A DNA stretch of 64,000 bases from Cyanobacteria bacterium P01_D01_bin.156 (GCA_039024555.1 JBCCQQ010000007.1:1-64000), one strand, 5' to 3'. Positions 1 to 11,608 are shown, counted from the stretch's first letter. Translations and numbers: made by a program. Notes: a model not told the origin generated them from the letters alone.

Positions 1-24
1 ATACGCTCATAGAGCTCCATAATA

Positions 25-98
25 AAACTAGCTGAATCTTTCACTTCAGCTAGTTTCGGGCATTCCAGGCTCTCTGAGCGATGGAATGTTCTTTTTTA
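25..98. terminator. Two adjacent hairpins, probable intrinsic terminator(s)
   Basis: aaactagctgaa/ttcagctagttt perfect stem (25-56). A second stem cattcca/tggaatg (61-88) is followed by a T-run. Lies downstream of the minus-strand RNase D gene. Confidence 0.6.
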
Positions 99-152
99 TT
101 CAGCGCTTTTGCTAAGCAACAAAAACTTCCTACTGTTCAGTGGGTTATGACG

Positions 153-776
153 TTAGTGCTCAAAAATGTTTGAGTATTGCAACAAGTCGAGGGTGATAAA
201 AGTGGGTAGACAACGGAAACAATCTTCAGCGACAGGCCACCGACCTTCACGCTGAAGCATAAGGCTGAGTCGTTTAGATAGCTCATGTAAATAACGCACA
301 TCATTCGCCGCGTAGGCAAGCTGTTCATCGCTGAGGTCACGCACGTTACCCCAATCGGAGCTTTGGGCAGATTTGTCTAGTTCTATACCAACAGTTTCTT
401 TGACGAGCTCTTTTAGTCCATGTCTGGGACTATAGGTGCGTGCTAACTTGCTAGCAATTTTGGTACAAAAAACAGGAGCAACCTCAATAGCCAGATGATG
501 GCGGAGAGTGGCTAGATCAAACCGAGCAAAATGAAAAATTTTGAGAATACTTGTGGTCTCTAGAAGTTGTTTAAGGTTAGGAGCACTGGTTTGTCCACGT
601 TCAATCCGTACAGCAGAACTATAGCCTTCGGTATCGCATAGCTGAACTAGACATAGACGATCTCTAAGGGGGTTCAGTCCCATAGTCTCAGTATCAACAG
701 CGATGGCGTCGGATACTAAATAGCGCTCTAGAAGAGAGCTGGGAATGTCGCGATCGCAAACCTCAAAATTTTCCAA
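153..776 (-). CDS. rnd: Ribonuclease D-like 3'-5' exonuclease (DEDDy)
   Basis: AVDTETMGL, FHFARFD, SDWG and YAANDV motifs; TTG start. Confidence 0.88.
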   Translation of the reverse strand: MENFEVCDRDIPSSLLERYLVSDAIAVDTETMGLNPLRDRLCLVQLCDTEGYSSAVRIERGQTSAPNLKQLLETTSILKIFHFARFDLATLRHHLAIEVAPVFCTKIASKLARTYSPRHGLKELVKETVGIELDKSAQSSDWGNVRDLSDEQLAYAANDVRYLHELSKRLSLMLQREGRWPVAEDCFRCLPTFITLDLLQYSNIFEH

Positions 777-784
777 GATAAAAA

Positions 785-960
785 TTCCTGTGATGAAGAC
801 AATGGCTTGGGCTTGGGGGGAGCAATATAAAGCAAAATGATTTTCCGAAGAACCCTTTGTTAGGAAGTCGGAACGTTTACCCCTTCAGGCTTCCGACTTG
901 ACTCCTAACTAGGGTTTTTCACCTGAAATTGATACCCCGCTTGGGGAGCCAACTCAGGAA
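785..960 (+). ncRNA. ssaA: Probable 6S RNA (SsaA)
   Basis: About 180 nt non-coding rod. Outer pairings ttcctg/caggaa, tggct/agcca, gggg/cccc and caat/attg; an A-rich central bubble; inner stems aaccct/agggtt, gttagga/tcctaac and aagtcggaa/ttccgactt. TTCACCTGAA on the 3' side of the bubble resembles 6S RNAs. Strand and ends are approximate. Confidence 0.6.
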
Positions 961-989
961 AAATGATTGAGTCCCTGCGCCCCATACTG

Positions 990-2246
990 TTAACTATCAA
1001 ACTTCAGCACCTTAGCCACAGTTTGAACGTCTTTATCTCCCCGACCGGAACAGTTAAGGACAATCTTGGGACTGCCTTCTAGCTGGGGGCAGAGCTTTTC
1101 TAAATACGCGAAGGCATGAGCCGTTTCTAAAGCTGGAATAATTCCTTCTCGTTGGGACAACAGCTGAAACGCATCTAGGGCCTCTTGATCCGTGACTCCG
1201 TAGTACTCTGCACGACCAATTTCCTTGAGATAGCTATGTTCAGGTCCTACACCAGGGTAATCAAGACCGGCGCTGATGGAGTGAGGCTCGATCACCTGAC
1301 CATCATCATCCTGGAGTAAAAAGCTCATGGCTCCGTGGAGTACGCCTACACGACCAGCTGTGAGCGTAGCCGCGTGCTTTCCAGTACTCACGCCTTCTCC
1401 CGACGCTTCAATGCCAATCATGCGCACAGAGGTATCGTTTACAAACTCGTTGAACAGTCCCATGGCATTGGAACCACCCCCGACGCAAGCCATCAAAATA
1501 TCCGGTAGCCCATCCCATTTTTCTTGGCACTGGGCGCGGGTTTCCTGACCGATGATGGCGTGGAACTCACGCACAATCATGGGGTAAGGGTGGGGACCTG
1601 CCACGGAACCCAAAATATAGTGGGTACTTTCTACATTGGTTACCCAGTCTCGAATGGCTTCGGATGTGGCATCTTTTAGGGTACCGGTACCGGCACTAAC
1701 AGGCTGCACTGTCGCCCCCATTAACCGCATCCGGAATACATTCAGGGACTGACGCTCCATATCATGGACGCCCATGTAAATGACGCAGTCGATGCCGAAG
1801 CGGGCGCACACTGTGGCCGTCGCCACCCCATGTTGGCCAGCTCCGGTTTCAGCAATAATGCGCTTTTTACCCATGCGTTTAGCCAGCAGTACCTGACCCA
1901 GCGCATTGTTAATTTTATGGGCTCCGGTGTGGTTTAGGTCTTCTCGCTTTAGATAAATTTGAGGGCCGCTACCGTCGGGGCGAGCGTAGTATTCCGTTAG
2001 CCGTTCAGCAAAATATAGCGGATTAGCACGACCTACATAGTCCTTGAGCAATCCGTTAAGTTCAGCCTGGAATTCAGCATCATCGCGATATTGATAGAAC
2101 GCTTCCTCAAGTTCTGTCAGAGCAGGCATCAAGGTTTCAGGCACATACTTGCCACCAAAGCGGCCAAAGCGGCCCAACTTATCGGGGCGGACTTCAGGGG
2201 CAGTGAGGTTAGGAGAAACGGATGGAGAAAGCGGAGTGACAGTCAC
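990..2246 (-). CDS. trpB: Tryptophan synthase beta chain
   Basis: [27 protein letters not shown] (PLP lysine), [16 protein letters not shown]. Start set at GTG 2246 instead of the ORF-track 2477, which overlaps aroE. Confidence 0.97.
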   Translation of the reverse strand: MTVTPLSPSVSPNLTAPEVRPDKLGRFGRFGGKYVPETLMPALTELEEAFYQYRDDAEFQAELNGLLKDYVGRANPLYFAERLTEYYARPDGSGPQIYLKREDLNHTGAHKINNALGQVLLAKRMGKKRIIAETGAGQHGVATATVCARFGIDCVIYMGVHDMERQSLNVFRMRLMGATVQPVSAGTGTLKDATSEAIRDWVTNVESTHYILGSVAGPHPYPMIVREFHAIIGQETRAQCQEKWDGLPDILMACVGGGSNAMGLFNEFVNDTSVRMIGIEASGEGVSTGKHAATLTAGRVGVLHGAMSFLLQDDDGQVIEPHSISAGLDYPGVGPEHSYLKEIGRAEYYGVTDQEALDAFQLLSQREGIIPALETAHAFAYLEKLCPQLEGSPKIVLNCSGRGDKDVQTVAKVLKFDS

Positions 2247-2413
2247 GATGGTTGCAAAAATTAAATTTGGTGTTTGCAGACAAGCCCATGAAAAACCTGC
2301 AGCAGGCGTTCTTGCCAGGTAGCAGGTTTCATTATAAGTAATTGAGAGGTGTCTAACGGGAGCGTAACAAATAAGTGCGTTCCATTTGTAACGCTGTGGT
2401 GAGTCAATCGTTA

Positions 2414-3277
2414 ATGATCGAGGGGACAACCCAACTGCTAGGAGTGATTGGGTACCCGGTGAAGCATTCCATGTCACCGGTGATGCATAATGCTGCGATC
2501 GCTACTTTGGGATTGGACTATGTCTATTTACCCTTTTCCATAGCCCCCGACCAGCTTAAAACAGCCATTGATGGCTTTGCAGCTGTGGGGTTAAAGGGCT
2601 TTAACATCACTATTCCCCACAAGCAAGTCATCATGTCACTGCTGGCAGAGGTTTCGGAGGTGGCCCAAGCCATTGGTGCAGTGAATACAGTTTGGTGGAG
2701 TGAGCGAGGCTGGTGCGGCACAAATACTGACGCCCTAGGATTTATGGCCCCACTCCAAGCATTGGAACAAAGCTGGCATGATACCCCAGCATTAATTTTG
2801 GGGAATGGTGGAGCTGCTCGGGCTGTGGTCGCTGCTTGTCATCAGTTGGGTTGTCCAGAGATTTGGGTCGTGGGGCGTAGTCCACAAAAGCTGTCAGCAT
2901 TTCTGGATAGCTGGCAAACATCTCCCCTAAAGCCTAATTTGACCGTGCATCTTTGGCAGGAGTTGGAACAGCTACTGCCTCAAGCAGGGCTAGTAGTCAA
3001 TTCTACGCCTGTGGGCATGGCGCCCAATGTGCAAGCATCGCCCTTAACGTCTGAGCAGATGGCAATTCTACCTGACCGTGCTATTGCTTATGACCTAATC
3101 TATACACCGCGACCGACTCAATTTTTGCAACAGGCAACAGCGCTTGATTTACATGGCATTGATGGGTTGGAAATGCTGGTACAGCAAGGGGCGGCAGCCT
3201 TAGAGATCTGGACCCAGAAAACGCCACCTGTGGAGGTGATGCGTCAGGCATTGGAGTCCCAGCTACAGCAGGCCTGA
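2414..3277 (+). CDS. aroE: Shikimate dehydrogenase
   Basis: [44 protein letters not shown] 2414. Confidence 0.95.
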   Translation: MIEGTTQLLGVIGYPVKHSMSPVMHNAAIATLGLDYVYLPFSIAPDQLKTAIDGFAAVGLKGFNITIPHKQVIMSLLAEVSEVAQAIGAVNTVWWSERGWCGTNTDALGFMAPLQALEQSWHDTPALILGNGGAARAVVAACHQLGCPEIWVVGRSPQKLSAFLDSWQTSPLKPNLTVHLWQELEQLLPQAGLVVNSTPVGMAPNVQASPLTSEQMAILPDRAIAYDLIYTPRPTQFLQQATALDLHGIDGLEMLVQQGAAALEIWTQKTPPVEVMRQALESQLQQA

Positions 3278-3290
3278 TAGTTAATGGGGT

Positions 3291-4406
3291 CTAGGATTCT
3301 GCCTTGAACAGGGGAAGGCCCCTGGAATTGGCCCGAATAGAAATTTTTACAGCGTCGCCGAGGTTAAATCGAGCATTGGTGCGAGCCTGTAAGTTGCCTT
3401 GGGTAGGGTGGATAAGCGTGTACTTATATTCACGCCCCAAAAATTCGCGATCGCAAATAATTAAAGCCGCATCGCCAGCCTCAACGCCCTGCAGTTGAAG
3501 CTCTTCTTGACGCAACATCAAGCTGCCTGAACTCGCTGATGTGGGTTGCACCATGGCATCATCAACAAAACCCAGCGCCGTTTGCCAACCACCTTCTACA
3601 CGATGGGCCTCAATAAAGTTTGCCTGGGTCACAAAATCAGCAATAAAGCGCGATGCTGGGTGCTCGTAAATTTTCTCTGGACTGGCCAGCTGCTCAATCC
3701 GACCATCCCTCATTACGGCCACCCGGTCAGCAATTGCCAAAGCCTCCTGCTGGTCATGGGTGACAAAAATACCAGATGCCCCCACTCCTTTGAGGATACT
3801 GCGTACTTCCTGGCGCAGATACAGTCGCACCTGCACGTCTAAATTACTAAAAGGCTCGTCTAACAGGACTAGGGAAGGACGAGGAGCTAGAGCTCGTGCC
3901 AGTGCTACCCGCTGCTGCTGACCACCCGACAGGGCGTGGGGATATCTCTGCTCCAGACCATCTAAACCAACAAGCCGAATCGATTCTGCAGCAATCTCAC
4001 GAGTGCGCTGATTGGGTAACCGTCGGTGACGACTGAGATGCTTTAACCCAAAGGCAACATTGTCTAAAACGGTCAAATGGGGAAAGAGCGCATAGTCCTG
4101 AAAAACAATTCCCACATCCCGGCGTTCCGGCGGCACCGCGGCCCCTTGGCCACACACCTGCTGCTGCGCCAACTTAATCCATCCAGCTTCCGGCGTTTCA
4201 AAGCCTGCAATAGTCCGCAACAAAGTAGTTTTCCCACAGCCCGATGGCCCCAACAAAGCCAATAATTCTCCCTTTTCGAGTTTTAGGCTGGCCTGATCCA
4301 CAGCGGGTATCGTCTGTTGTGCATACTGTTTGGTCACTCCATGGAGTTCTAAAACAGTCGATAGAGGGGGGGACTTTAAATCAGAAACCTGCGAAGCCGT
4401 AGGCAT
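3291..4406 (-). CDS. futC: ABC transporter ATP-binding subunit, Fe(III) FutC/SfuC-like
   Basis: GPSGCGKT, VFQDYALFPHL, LSGGQQQRVALARAL, LLDEPFSNLD, TOBE-like tail. A Fur-box-like palindrome lies upstream. Start is 4406 or 4427. Confidence 0.75.
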   Translation of the reverse strand: MPTASQVSDLKSPPLSTVLELHGVTKQYAQQTIPAVDQASLKLEKGELLALLGPSGCGKTTLLRTIAGFETPEAGWIKLAQQQVCGQGAAVPPERRDVGIVFQDYALFPHLTVLDNVAFGLKHLSRHRRLPNQRTREIAAESIRLVGLDGLEQRYPHALSGGQQQRVALARALAPRPSLVLLDEPFSNLDVQVRLYLRQEVRSILKGVGASGIFVTHDQQEALAIADRVAVMRDGRIEQLASPEKIYEHPASRFIADFVTQANFIEAHRVEGGWQTALGFVDDAMVQPTSASSGSLMLRQEELQLQGVEAGDAALIICDREFLGREYKYTLIHPTQGNLQARTNARFNLGDAVKISIRANSRGLPLFKAES

Positions 4407-4445
4407 AGGAATTAACGTAAATCTCAACCATTTTGGATCTAAAAA

Positions 4446-4479
4446 AGACAGCTATTGAGACTTAAACGCAATAGTGTCT
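4446..4479. promoter_or_regulatory. Fur-box-like inverted repeat upstream of the iron ABC ATPase
   Basis: agacagctATTGAGACTTAAACGCAATagtgtct is a palindrome resembling the cyanobacterial Fur consensus ATTGAGAAT-n-ATTCTCAAT. Confidence 0.5.
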
Positions 4480-4818
4480 GGACACATCATATCGCTATCC
4501 CCCCTGATCAAAAAAACATCCATCTGTCTGTTCGTAAGTATGGGACAAATTCCCTTTGTAACCTTTTGATGACATGGGGATTGTTGGACAGTAGAGTCAG
4601 GCATTCCCTAATCCCATGGATCCTAAAGAATGGAGTAAGGTAGCAATCATGGTAGACACAGCATCTTTCTAAAGAATGCGATTTTACGATGGCAAGAACT
4701 CTTAGAAAAATGTCCGTTCTGGAAGTGGAAGAAAGCCCTACAATAATCTGGATTTATGGATTTAGGTTGTCCATGCCAACATCCTAGATTTTGCTCCAAT
4801 CATTTCTACCTCCCGCCT

Positions 4819-7800
4819 ATGCCTCGCCGCAGTGACCTCAACAAGATTTTATTGATTGGCTCTGGTCCAATTGTGATTGGTCAGGCTTGTGAGTTTGACT
4901 ATTCTGGTACGCAGGCATGTAAAGCTTTGCGGGAAGAAGGCTACGAAGTGGTGCTGATTAATTCGAATCCGGCCACTATTATGACCGACCCAGAAACGGC
5001 GGATCGCACCTATATTGAACCCCTCACGCCGGAACTGGTGGCCAGAGTTATTGAACAGGAAAAACCCGATGCGCTTTTGCCCACCATGGGGGGGCAAACG
5101 GCTCTCAACCTTGCAGTCAGCCTAGCTAAGAGTGGCGTACTGGCTAAGAATAATGTGGAGCTGATTGGGGCAAAACTAGATGCCATTGAAATGGCCGAGG
5201 ACCGCCGCCTATTTAAAGAAGCTATGGAGCGCATTGGCGTGGGCGTGTGTCCATCAGGTCTGGCGGAAACGATGGATCAGGCTGAGGCTATTGCCCAAGA
5301 CATTGGTTCGTATCCACTCATTATTCGGCCCGCTTTTACCCTTGGTGGAACGGGGGGAGGCATTGCTTACAACCAAGAAGAATTTGAGGCAATTGCGAAA
5401 TCTGGTCTGGATGCCAGTCCGGTGTCGCAAATTTTGGTGGAAAAATCACTGCTGGGTTGGAAAGAGTATGAGCTGGAGGTGATGAGGGATTTAGCAGATA
5501 ATGTGGTGATTATCTGCTCCATTGAGAATCTAGACCCCATGGGTATCCATACGGGGGATTCGATTACGGTAGCTCCAGCCCAAACCCTGACAGACAAGGA
5601 ATACCAGCGGCTGCGAGATGCTTCGATCAAAATTATTCGTGAAATTGGTGTTGAGACAGGTGGGTCAAATATTCAGTTTGCGGTGAGTCCCGATACTGGG
5701 GACGTCATTGTCATTGAAATGAATCCCCGGGTGTCTCGTAGTTCCGCGTTGGCATCTAAAGCGACTGGATTTCCCATTGCTAAATTTGCAGCCAAGTTAG
5801 CAGTTGGTTACACCTTAAGCGAAATTTCTAACGATATTACGAAAAAAACCCCCGCTAGTTTTGAACCCACCATTGACTATGTGGTAACTAAGATTCCTCG
5901 GTTTGCCTTCGAAAAGTTTCCTGGTAGTGCCCCCCTGCTCACGACTCAAATGAAGTCCGTGGGAGAGGCCATGGCCATTGGCCGTACCTTCCAAGAGTCG
6001 TTCCAGAAGGCACTGCGTTCTTTAGAAACAGGGCGTTCCGGCTGGGGCTGCGATCGCACTGAAAACTTACCCACCATTTCTAAGGTACGGGCCAGCCTGC
6101 GATCTCCAAATCCGGACCGTATTTTTGCACTACGCCATGCCCTACAGCTGGGGTTAAGCACGGAGGATATTTATGAGCTCACGGGCATTGACCCCTGGTT
6201 TTTGGATAAACTTCAGGACCTGTTGGTCACGGAAAAATGGCTCAAGCGTACGCCTCTGGATGCGATTACTGCAGAGCACATGATAGCGGTAAAACAGCAG
6301 GGCTTCAGCGATTTGCAAATTGCTTTTGCCACTAAAACCGATGAAGACCAGGTGCGGGCCAAACGCAAAGCGTTGCATGTTATCCCGGTGTATAAAACCG
6401 TAGATACCTGCGCTGCGGAATTTGAAGCCTATACCCCTTACTACTACTCCACCTACGAAGCGGAAACTGAAGTTAAACCTTCCGATCGCCGTAAGGTAAT
6501 GATTTTGGGTGGGGGGCCTAACCGAATTGGCCAGGGAATTGAGTTTGACTACTGCTGCTGCCATGCATCCTATGCGCTGCAGGCCGAAGACTTTGAGACA
6601 ATCATGGTCAATTCCAATCCGGAGACCGTATCCACTGACTATGACACCAGCGATCGCCTGTACTTTGAACCGTTAACCAAAGAAGATGTGCTCAATATTA
6701 TTGAGGCAGAAAATCCTGAAGGGGTGATTATTCAGTTTGGCGGGCAAACTCCCCTAAAGCTGGCAGTTCCTTTACAAGAGTATTTGTCCAATGCGCCTGA
6801 GGTTAACGGTCAGCCTATTCAAACCAAGATTTGGGGAACATCTCCTGATTCCATCGACACCGCTGAAGACCGCGAACGGTTTGAAAAGATTCTGTGGGAT
6901 TTAGAAATTAAGCAACCCCCCAATGGCATTGCCCGTAGCTACAAGGAAGCCCTGGAAGTGGCAGAAAAAATTCACTACCCGGTGGTAGTACGCCCTAGCT
7001 ATGTGCTGGGGGGACGGGCCATGGAGGTTGTCTATTCCGATGCAGATCTGGAGCGCTACATGACCACAGCGGTGCAGGTGGAGCCGGATCATCCCATTCT
7101 GATTGACGGCTTTTTAGAAAATGCCATTGAGGTAGATGTGGATGCTATTTGCGATCGCGCTGGCCATGTAGTGATTGGTGGCATTATGGAGCACATTGAA
7201 CAAGCTGGTATCCATTCCGGGGATTCTGCTTGCTCCCTACCGACAATTACCCTTAGCGAGCAAGCTCTCAGCGTTATCCGCGACTGGACCGTGAAGCTTG
7301 CTAAAGCGTTACAAGTAGTTGGCTTAATGAACATCCAGTTCGCCGTTAAAGATAATCAGGTTTATATTCTAGAAGCCAATCCCAGAGCATCCCGGACTGT
7401 CCCCTTTGTCTCTAAAGCAACTGGTATTCCCCTAGCGAAGACAGCTGTTCTAGTCATGTCTGGCCAAACTCTGGATGAAGTCGGGGTTACCGAAGAGCTG
7501 ATCCCCAGTCATATTTCCGTCAAAGAAGCCGTATTACCCTTTAGTAAGTTTCCTGGCACTGACACTCTCCTTGGCCCTGAAATGCGTTCTACTGGAGAGG
7601 TAATGGGAATTGATCTCGACTTTGGTCGGGCCTTTGCTAAAGCGGAATTAGCCGCGAGTCAAACGCTGCCGTTGGCTGGGACTACGTTTATTTCCATGAA
7701 CGACCGTGAAAAGGAGGCGGTGGTTCCCATCGTCAAAGAGCTGATAGAGCTAGGGTTTACACTCATGGCGACAGCTGGTACGCGCAAAGTGCTACAAAGC

Positions 7801-8073
7801 CATGACCTCTCTGTGGACCTGGTGTATAAAGTTCACGAAGGCCGTCCCCATGTTGTTGATGCCATCAAGAATAAGGCAATTCAGCTCATCATTAATACCC
7901 CTGCAGGGGCTACAGCCAAAGAAGATGACCGGATTATTCGCCGTACGGCGCTTGACTATAAAATCCCTACTATCACCACTTTGGCTGGGGCTCGGGCCAC
8001 TATCGAAGCCATTCGTTCAATGCAGAAACAAACCTTGGCTGTTAAAGCACTACAGGACTATCTAGCTAAATGA
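4819..8073 (+). CDS. carB: Carbamoyl-phosphate synthase large subunit
   Basis: [30 protein letters not shown], duplicated ATP-grasp halves ([17 protein letters not shown]), C-terminal MGS domain; ATG 4819. Confidence 0.98.
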   Translation: MPRRSDLNKILLIGSGPIVIGQACEFDYSGTQACKALREEGYEVVLINSNPATIMTDPETADRTYIEPLTPELVARVIEQEKPDALLPTMGGQTALNLAVSLAKSGVLAKNNVELIGAKLDAIEMAEDRRLFKEAMERIGVGVCPSGLAETMDQAEAIAQDIGSYPLIIRPAFTLGGTGGGIAYNQEEFEAIAKSGLDASPVSQILVEKSLLGWKEYELEVMRDLADNVVIICSIENLDPMGIHTGDSITVAPAQTLTDKEYQRLRDASIKIIREIGVETGGSNIQFAVSPDTGDVIVIEMNPRVSRSSALASKATGFPIAKFAAKLAVGYTLSEISNDITKKTPASFEPTIDYVVTKIPRFAFEKFPGSAPLLTTQMKSVGEAMAIGRTFQESFQKALRSLETGRSGWGCDRTENLPTISKVRASLRSPNPDRIFALRHALQLGLSTEDIYELTGIDPWFLDKLQDLLVTEKWLKRTPLDAITAEHMIAVKQQGFSDLQIAFATKTDEDQVRAKRKALHVIPVYKTVDTCAAEFEAYTPYYYSTYEAETEVKPSDRRKVMILGGGPNRIGQGIEFDYCCCHASYALQAEDFETIMVNSNPETVSTDYDTSDRLYFEPLTKEDVLNIIEAENPEGVIIQFGGQTPLKLAVPLQEYLSNAPEVNGQPIQTKIWGTSPDSIDTAEDRERFEKILWDLEIKQPPNGIARSYKEALEVAEKIHYPVVVRPSYVLGGRAMEVVYSDADLERYMTTAVQVEPDHPILIDGFLENAIEVDVDAICDRAGHVVIGGIMEHIEQAGIHSGDSACSLPTITLSEQALSVIRDWTVKLAKALQVVGLMNIQFAVKDNQVYILEANPRASRTVPFVSKATGIPLAKTAVLVMSGQTLDEVGVTEELIPSHISVKEAVLPFSKFPGTDTLLGPEMRSTGEVMGIDLDFGRAFAKAELAASQTLPLAGTTFISMNDREKEAVVPIVKELIELGFTLMATAGTRKVLQSHDLSVDLVYKVHEGRPHVVDAIKNKAIQLIINTPAGATAKEDDRIIRRTALDYKIPTITTLAGARATIEAIRSMQKQTLAVKALQDYLAK

Positions 8074-8150
8074 TTTAGCGTGTTAAGAGCGCCCTGTGAA
8101 ATGGCGACAGTGGCCGTTTGCAAAAGCGCTTCTTTATTTGTTTGTCGCAC

Positions 8151-8195
8151 AGCAAAAAGCGCCCTTCTTTTGATGAGGAAAAGGCGCTTTTTGCT
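8151..8195. terminator. Bidirectional intrinsic terminator between carB and rpsU
   Basis: agcaaaaagcgcc...ggcgctttttgct, 13 bp perfect inverted repeat between convergent genes. Confidence 0.8.
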
Positions 8196-8215
8196 TAAAA
8201 GGAATGGAATAACGT

Positions 8216-8428
8216 TTAATCTTTGTTGTTATTCCGATTACTGCGATTACGACTCCAGCGCTTTTGACGATGCTTTGCGATCGCTTTACGCTTTAGCTTT
8301 TCAGCAGGTGTCTCAAAATAGCGGTGCTTTTTCATATCTGAAAAAATACCTGCTTGAACAACCTTACGCTTAAACCGTCGTAGCGCTGATTCAATACCTT
8401 CATCATCCCCAAGGATAACCTGGGCCAT
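8216..8428 (-). CDS. rpsU: 30S ribosomal protein S21
   Basis: [23 protein letters not shown]...[15 protein letters not shown] 8428 with GGAG upstream; follows rbp as in many cyanobacteria. Confidence 0.95.
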   Translation of the reverse strand: MAQVILGDDEGIESALRRFKRKVVQAGIFSDMKKHRYFETPAEKLKRKAIAKHRQKRWSRNRSNRNNNKD

Positions 8429-8523
8429 AGTACTCTCCTTTAACAACAAAATGGGGCAAGATAGCTGCCCCATAATAAGACATGATCGAATGTTAAAAAC
8501 ACCCATCAAAAACGGATTAGTCT

Positions 8524-8799
8524 CTAGAAGCGACCACCGCCACCACCGCCACGCTGTTCACGGGGGCGAGCTTTATTCACTCGCAGGTCTCTACCCATCC
8601 ACTCTGCACCATCTAGCGCTTCAATAGCAGCAGACTCTTCATCTTCAGAAGACATCTCTACAAAGGCAAAACCACGAGGGCGACCGGTTTCACGATCGGT
8701 GGGTAAATGAACCCGCTGGACTGAGCCATACTCAGCGAAGACCGTATTAATGTCATCGCGAGTGGCATCATAGGATAAGTTTCCAACGTAAATAGACAT
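8524..8799 (-). CDS. rbpA: RRM RNA-binding protein with Gly-rich tail (cyanobacterial Rbp)
   Basis: IYVGNL (RNP2), RGFAFVEM (RNP1), [14 protein letters not shown], poly-Gly C-terminus. Confidence 0.92.
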   Translation of the reverse strand: MSIYVGNLSYDATRDDINTVFAEYGSVQRVHLPTDRETGRPRGFAFVEMSSEDEESAAIEALDGAEWMGRDLRVNKARPREQRGGGGGGRF

Positions 8800-8912
8800 A
8801 GGGAGGTCTCCTAGATTTGATTTGCAACGAGTTATACGGAGATCCCTCTAGAATCAAGTCGTAGTCGAAATTAAACTAGTCGAGTTGAACTGTGAGCGTA
8901 TCGTACCGAAAA
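8800..8912 (-). promoter_or_regulatory. rbp 5' UTR cis-elements (RBS-sequestering box)
   Basis: On the minus strand TTCGGT...TCTCCGTA...TAGGAGA-ATG. TCTCC can pair with the GGAGA RBS, as in the conserved leaders of cold-inducible cyanobacterial rbp genes. Confidence 0.5.
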
Positions 8913-9112
8913 CTGTACGTCACTAGCCATAGTAACGTATTGCTATCAAACTCTAGCACACCTTGCTAATTGCTAAGTTTAATTCTTAAGAATTACTTTT
9001 CCCAACGTTTCAATGGGTTACCCAATCCTGTGAAGTCCCCTAAACTAGGCAGCTTCAGTCCTAATATCCAACTCTATGGATATGAATAATACAGTATCAG
9101 AAAGGTTCGCTA

Positions 9113-9901
9113 TCAGTGCTTAAAATGCCGCTTTAGCTCAGCCTTTAGCTCCTCTAATGAACCATTCATCAAGTCGAATATAGAAATTTGACTGGGGTAG
9201 TAAGTATCAATCAGTTTGTGGATTCGTTCATCTTCAGATGGGCTTGCTCCGCTGATAGTATTGGCTACTGCATCAGCTAGTCGGCCACTACCGGCAATGA
9301 TGATCACCTGCCTACCCAACTGCAAATTGACCTCTAAATCCTGCAGTGATATTTGCCCTCCATTTATAAGGAGAGTCATAGACGGACATGCACCCGCTAA
9401 AGCTGACGACAATTCAGCCAGCCAGTGAGATTCGCTACCCCAGTTTTCCCCAGGCACCAAAAAAAAGTGCGTGTGATGGGGTTCCAATTCCACTGGTGGC
9501 TCTTCAGCATCCTCAGGTACGTGGGAGCTGTCCCCATCCGGAAAAACAATCCTTTTGAGAGGAGCAACCCCCACTAAATTAAATTGGCCGTGGACATGAT
9601 GGCGAGCTTCTCCCATCATGTGGATAACCCCAGCATCGGTTCCACCGTCTAGTACGGTAATGCCCTGCTCATTAGATAGAGTGGCCAAGGGACCGTTAAA
9701 AAACTGAACTAACTTTGCCTGGCTTTCATCAGTCATGTAGCTTGCGCCACCAATAACCAGAAGCGTTGGTGTCGGGCTTTGTAAGCCCAATGCCGATAAA
9801 GCATGTATGTATGCCGTACCGTTAGCAACTTTTAGCATTTTGGCCAGCTGCCCATTTGAAAACCTATGTTCAACGAGTCCATGAGCTGACATTTTGGGCA
9901 T
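9113..9901 (-). CDS. SLOG-superfamily LSDAT (prokaryotic TRPM-like SLOG) protein
   Basis: PTLLVIGGA, VLDGGTDAGVIHMMG, LVGVAP, LEPHHTHFFLVPG..WGSE, LLINGG, IIAGSGRLAD; paired with a DUF4231/SLATT gene. Confidence 0.8.
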   Translation of the reverse strand: MPKMSAHGLVEHRFSNGQLAKMLKVANGTAYIHALSALGLQSPTPTLLVIGGASYMTDESQAKLVQFFNGPLATLSNEQGITVLDGGTDAGVIHMMGEARHHVHGQFNLVGVAPLKRIVFPDGDSSHVPEDAEEPPVELEPHHTHFFLVPGENWGSESHWLAELSSALAGACPSMTLLINGGQISLQDLEVNLQLGRQVIIIAGSGRLADAVANTISGASPSEDERIHKLIDTYYPSQISIFDLMNGSLEELKAELKRHFKH

Positions 9902-10060
9902 TACTGATATCTCTTAAAGAAGTTGGTTAGACAGTCTGTGCGAATTACCCCATTTACACCCTCAAAACCGCTCATGTCAAACCCGCTCAAAACTATTAAT
10001 AATAAGGTGGCCGATCTGATTCAGAGCCATTCAATAATGGTAGAGCTGAAGTTTCCTTTG

Positions 10061-11608
10061 TTAGGCTAGGCTTGCCCGAGCGCGCTCTACATATTTCGAG
10101 AAAACATCCCAACCATGATATCCACCGTTGACTAACTTGCGAACGCGTCGCCAGTCACCAGCGCGAGATGCATCGGCCACGCCTCGTTCTTTAAAGTAGC
10201 AAGTTAGCACTAGTGCTGATATTTCTGGATCCATCGCTAGATCTGGATTGTTCTCCAGGTCTACCCCCAATTTCTGACCATAGGTTTGATAGTTGGCTCG
10301 TCCCGTCAGCTGAATATAACCACGACCATGGTACTTCACTCCATCTCCAGGGTTCACATTCCCTAAATCAGCCCTATCTTCGTAGCGTTTCCAGTAACTT
10401 TCGCCGCCCCACTCATGAACAGGCTTGAACCCACCGGTTTCAATGCGTATTGTCGCCAGTAAGCCAATCAGCACAGACTTGTCTAAAATGTCGTACTTCT
10501 GCATGGCTGCTAAAATACCCGGCAAATAGAGCTTACAGTCTTCTAATGAACATTCTAAAATCTGCGACACTTCATCGGGGGTGACCAACTGTTTGACTTG
10601 AGTGGTAGCAGCAGTCGTCGTACTACTTTGAGCCGATACACTAGTCGTACTATTTTGTTTGGTCAAAATAGTTTTGAGAGCCTTAAAGTCTACTTTCTCT
10701 TCCCATTCAAGGGCATGTTCCCCTAAGGGAGGCAAAGAGCTGCTTGAAGAGAGGGTGCGTTTAGAAGAAGAAGTACGTGCCGCAGGTTGTTGACTTGTGC
10801 CAGAGCTCGACGACATCAGAGACTGTACTTCGGTAACCGGAGCACCGGCGGTACCATGACTTACCTCTACTGCCTCAGTACCTGAGGGCATAGAAATATC
10901 TAACAGTTCACCGGAGTATGCAACACTTTCCGACACTGGCGGCTGGCTCGCCTGCTGGGCAGCCAGTTCAGCTCTTTGCTGTTCCAAACGCTGAGTCCGA
11001 GCCTCCAGTTCTTGGTTAAGACGCATCAATGCTTTTTCAGCATTGTTCTTTGCTTCTTGTGTCTCTTCCTTCTCTTCTTCCTGTTTCTCTTCTAGACGGG
11101 CAATAAAACCTTCCACATCTTTTTGAATATAGGATTCTACCCGTTGAGCAAAGTTTTTGTAGGCATCGGAGTGAACTTTGAATTTACGATAAGGGCCTGC
11201 TAGCTGCATAAACTGCCAGCCCTCAATTTTCATGCTTTCTGCTGTGCTGCGATAGTTTCGATATTTGTCACCGTGGCCAAAAAATTCTTCTACAGCAGCG
11301 GAAATAGCTACCGCCTGACTGATGCCTAAGGCAACCCAACCCACGACTTCACCAAGGGTATATCTGCCTAAACGCTGGTCACTCCTAAACCCCACCATAG
11401 CCGGCACAATCACACCGCCAATAATCGTGACCATGCGTAGGCGAAAGTGTTGATTACGCTCTTTTGTAGCTCGTCCTTCCAGCCACATCACTTGGTCCAA
11501 CCAACGGTTTTTGAGAAACTCCTTACGTAAATCCGAAATCTCTAGCTTGTCGATCAACCCCCCTAAGGTCTGCTTGAGATAGTCATTGTAAGTATTTTTT
11601 TTGCCCAT
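10061..11608 (-). CDS. DUF4231/SLATT 2-TM domain + coiled coil + Ser/Thr-rich linker + GH19 lysozyme/chitinase domain
   Basis: N-terminus RWLDQVMW...two hydrophobic helices...KYRNYRSTAESMKIEGWQF...FAQRVE. C-terminus IETGGF.PVHE...GDGVKYHGRGYIQLTGRANY...LENNPDL...VNGG (endolysin-type GH19 signature). Confidence 0.82.
   Translation of the reverse strand: MGKKNTYNDYLKQTLGGLIDKLEISDLRKEFLKNRWLDQVMWLEGRATKERNQHFRLRMVTIIGGVIVPAMVGFRSDQRLGRYTLGEVVGWVALGISQAVAISAAVEEFFGHGDKYRNYRSTAESMKIEGWQFMQLAGPYRKFKVHSDAYKNFAQRVESYIQKDVEGFIARLEEKQEEEKEETQEAKNNAEKALMRLNQELEARTQRLEQQRAELAAQQASQPPVSESVAYSGELLDISMPSGTEAVEVSHGTAGAPVTEVQSLMSSSSGTSQQPAARTSSSKRTLSSSSSLPPLGEHALEWEEKVDFKALKTILTKQNSTTSVSAQSSTTTAATTQVKQLVTPDEVSQILECSLEDCKLYLPGILAAMQKYDILDKSVLIGLLATIRIETGGFKPVHEWGGESYWKRYEDRADLGNVNPGDGVKYHGRGYIQLTGRANYQTYGQKLGVDLENNPDLAMDPEISALVLTCYFKERGVADASRAGDWRRVRKLVNGGYHGWDVFSKYVERARASLA

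Noticed and set aside
2247..2477. Long N-terminal extensions of trpB and aroE that overlap each other
   Set aside because: Recognisable homology starts at GTG 2246 and ATG 2414; the interval is a divergent promoter
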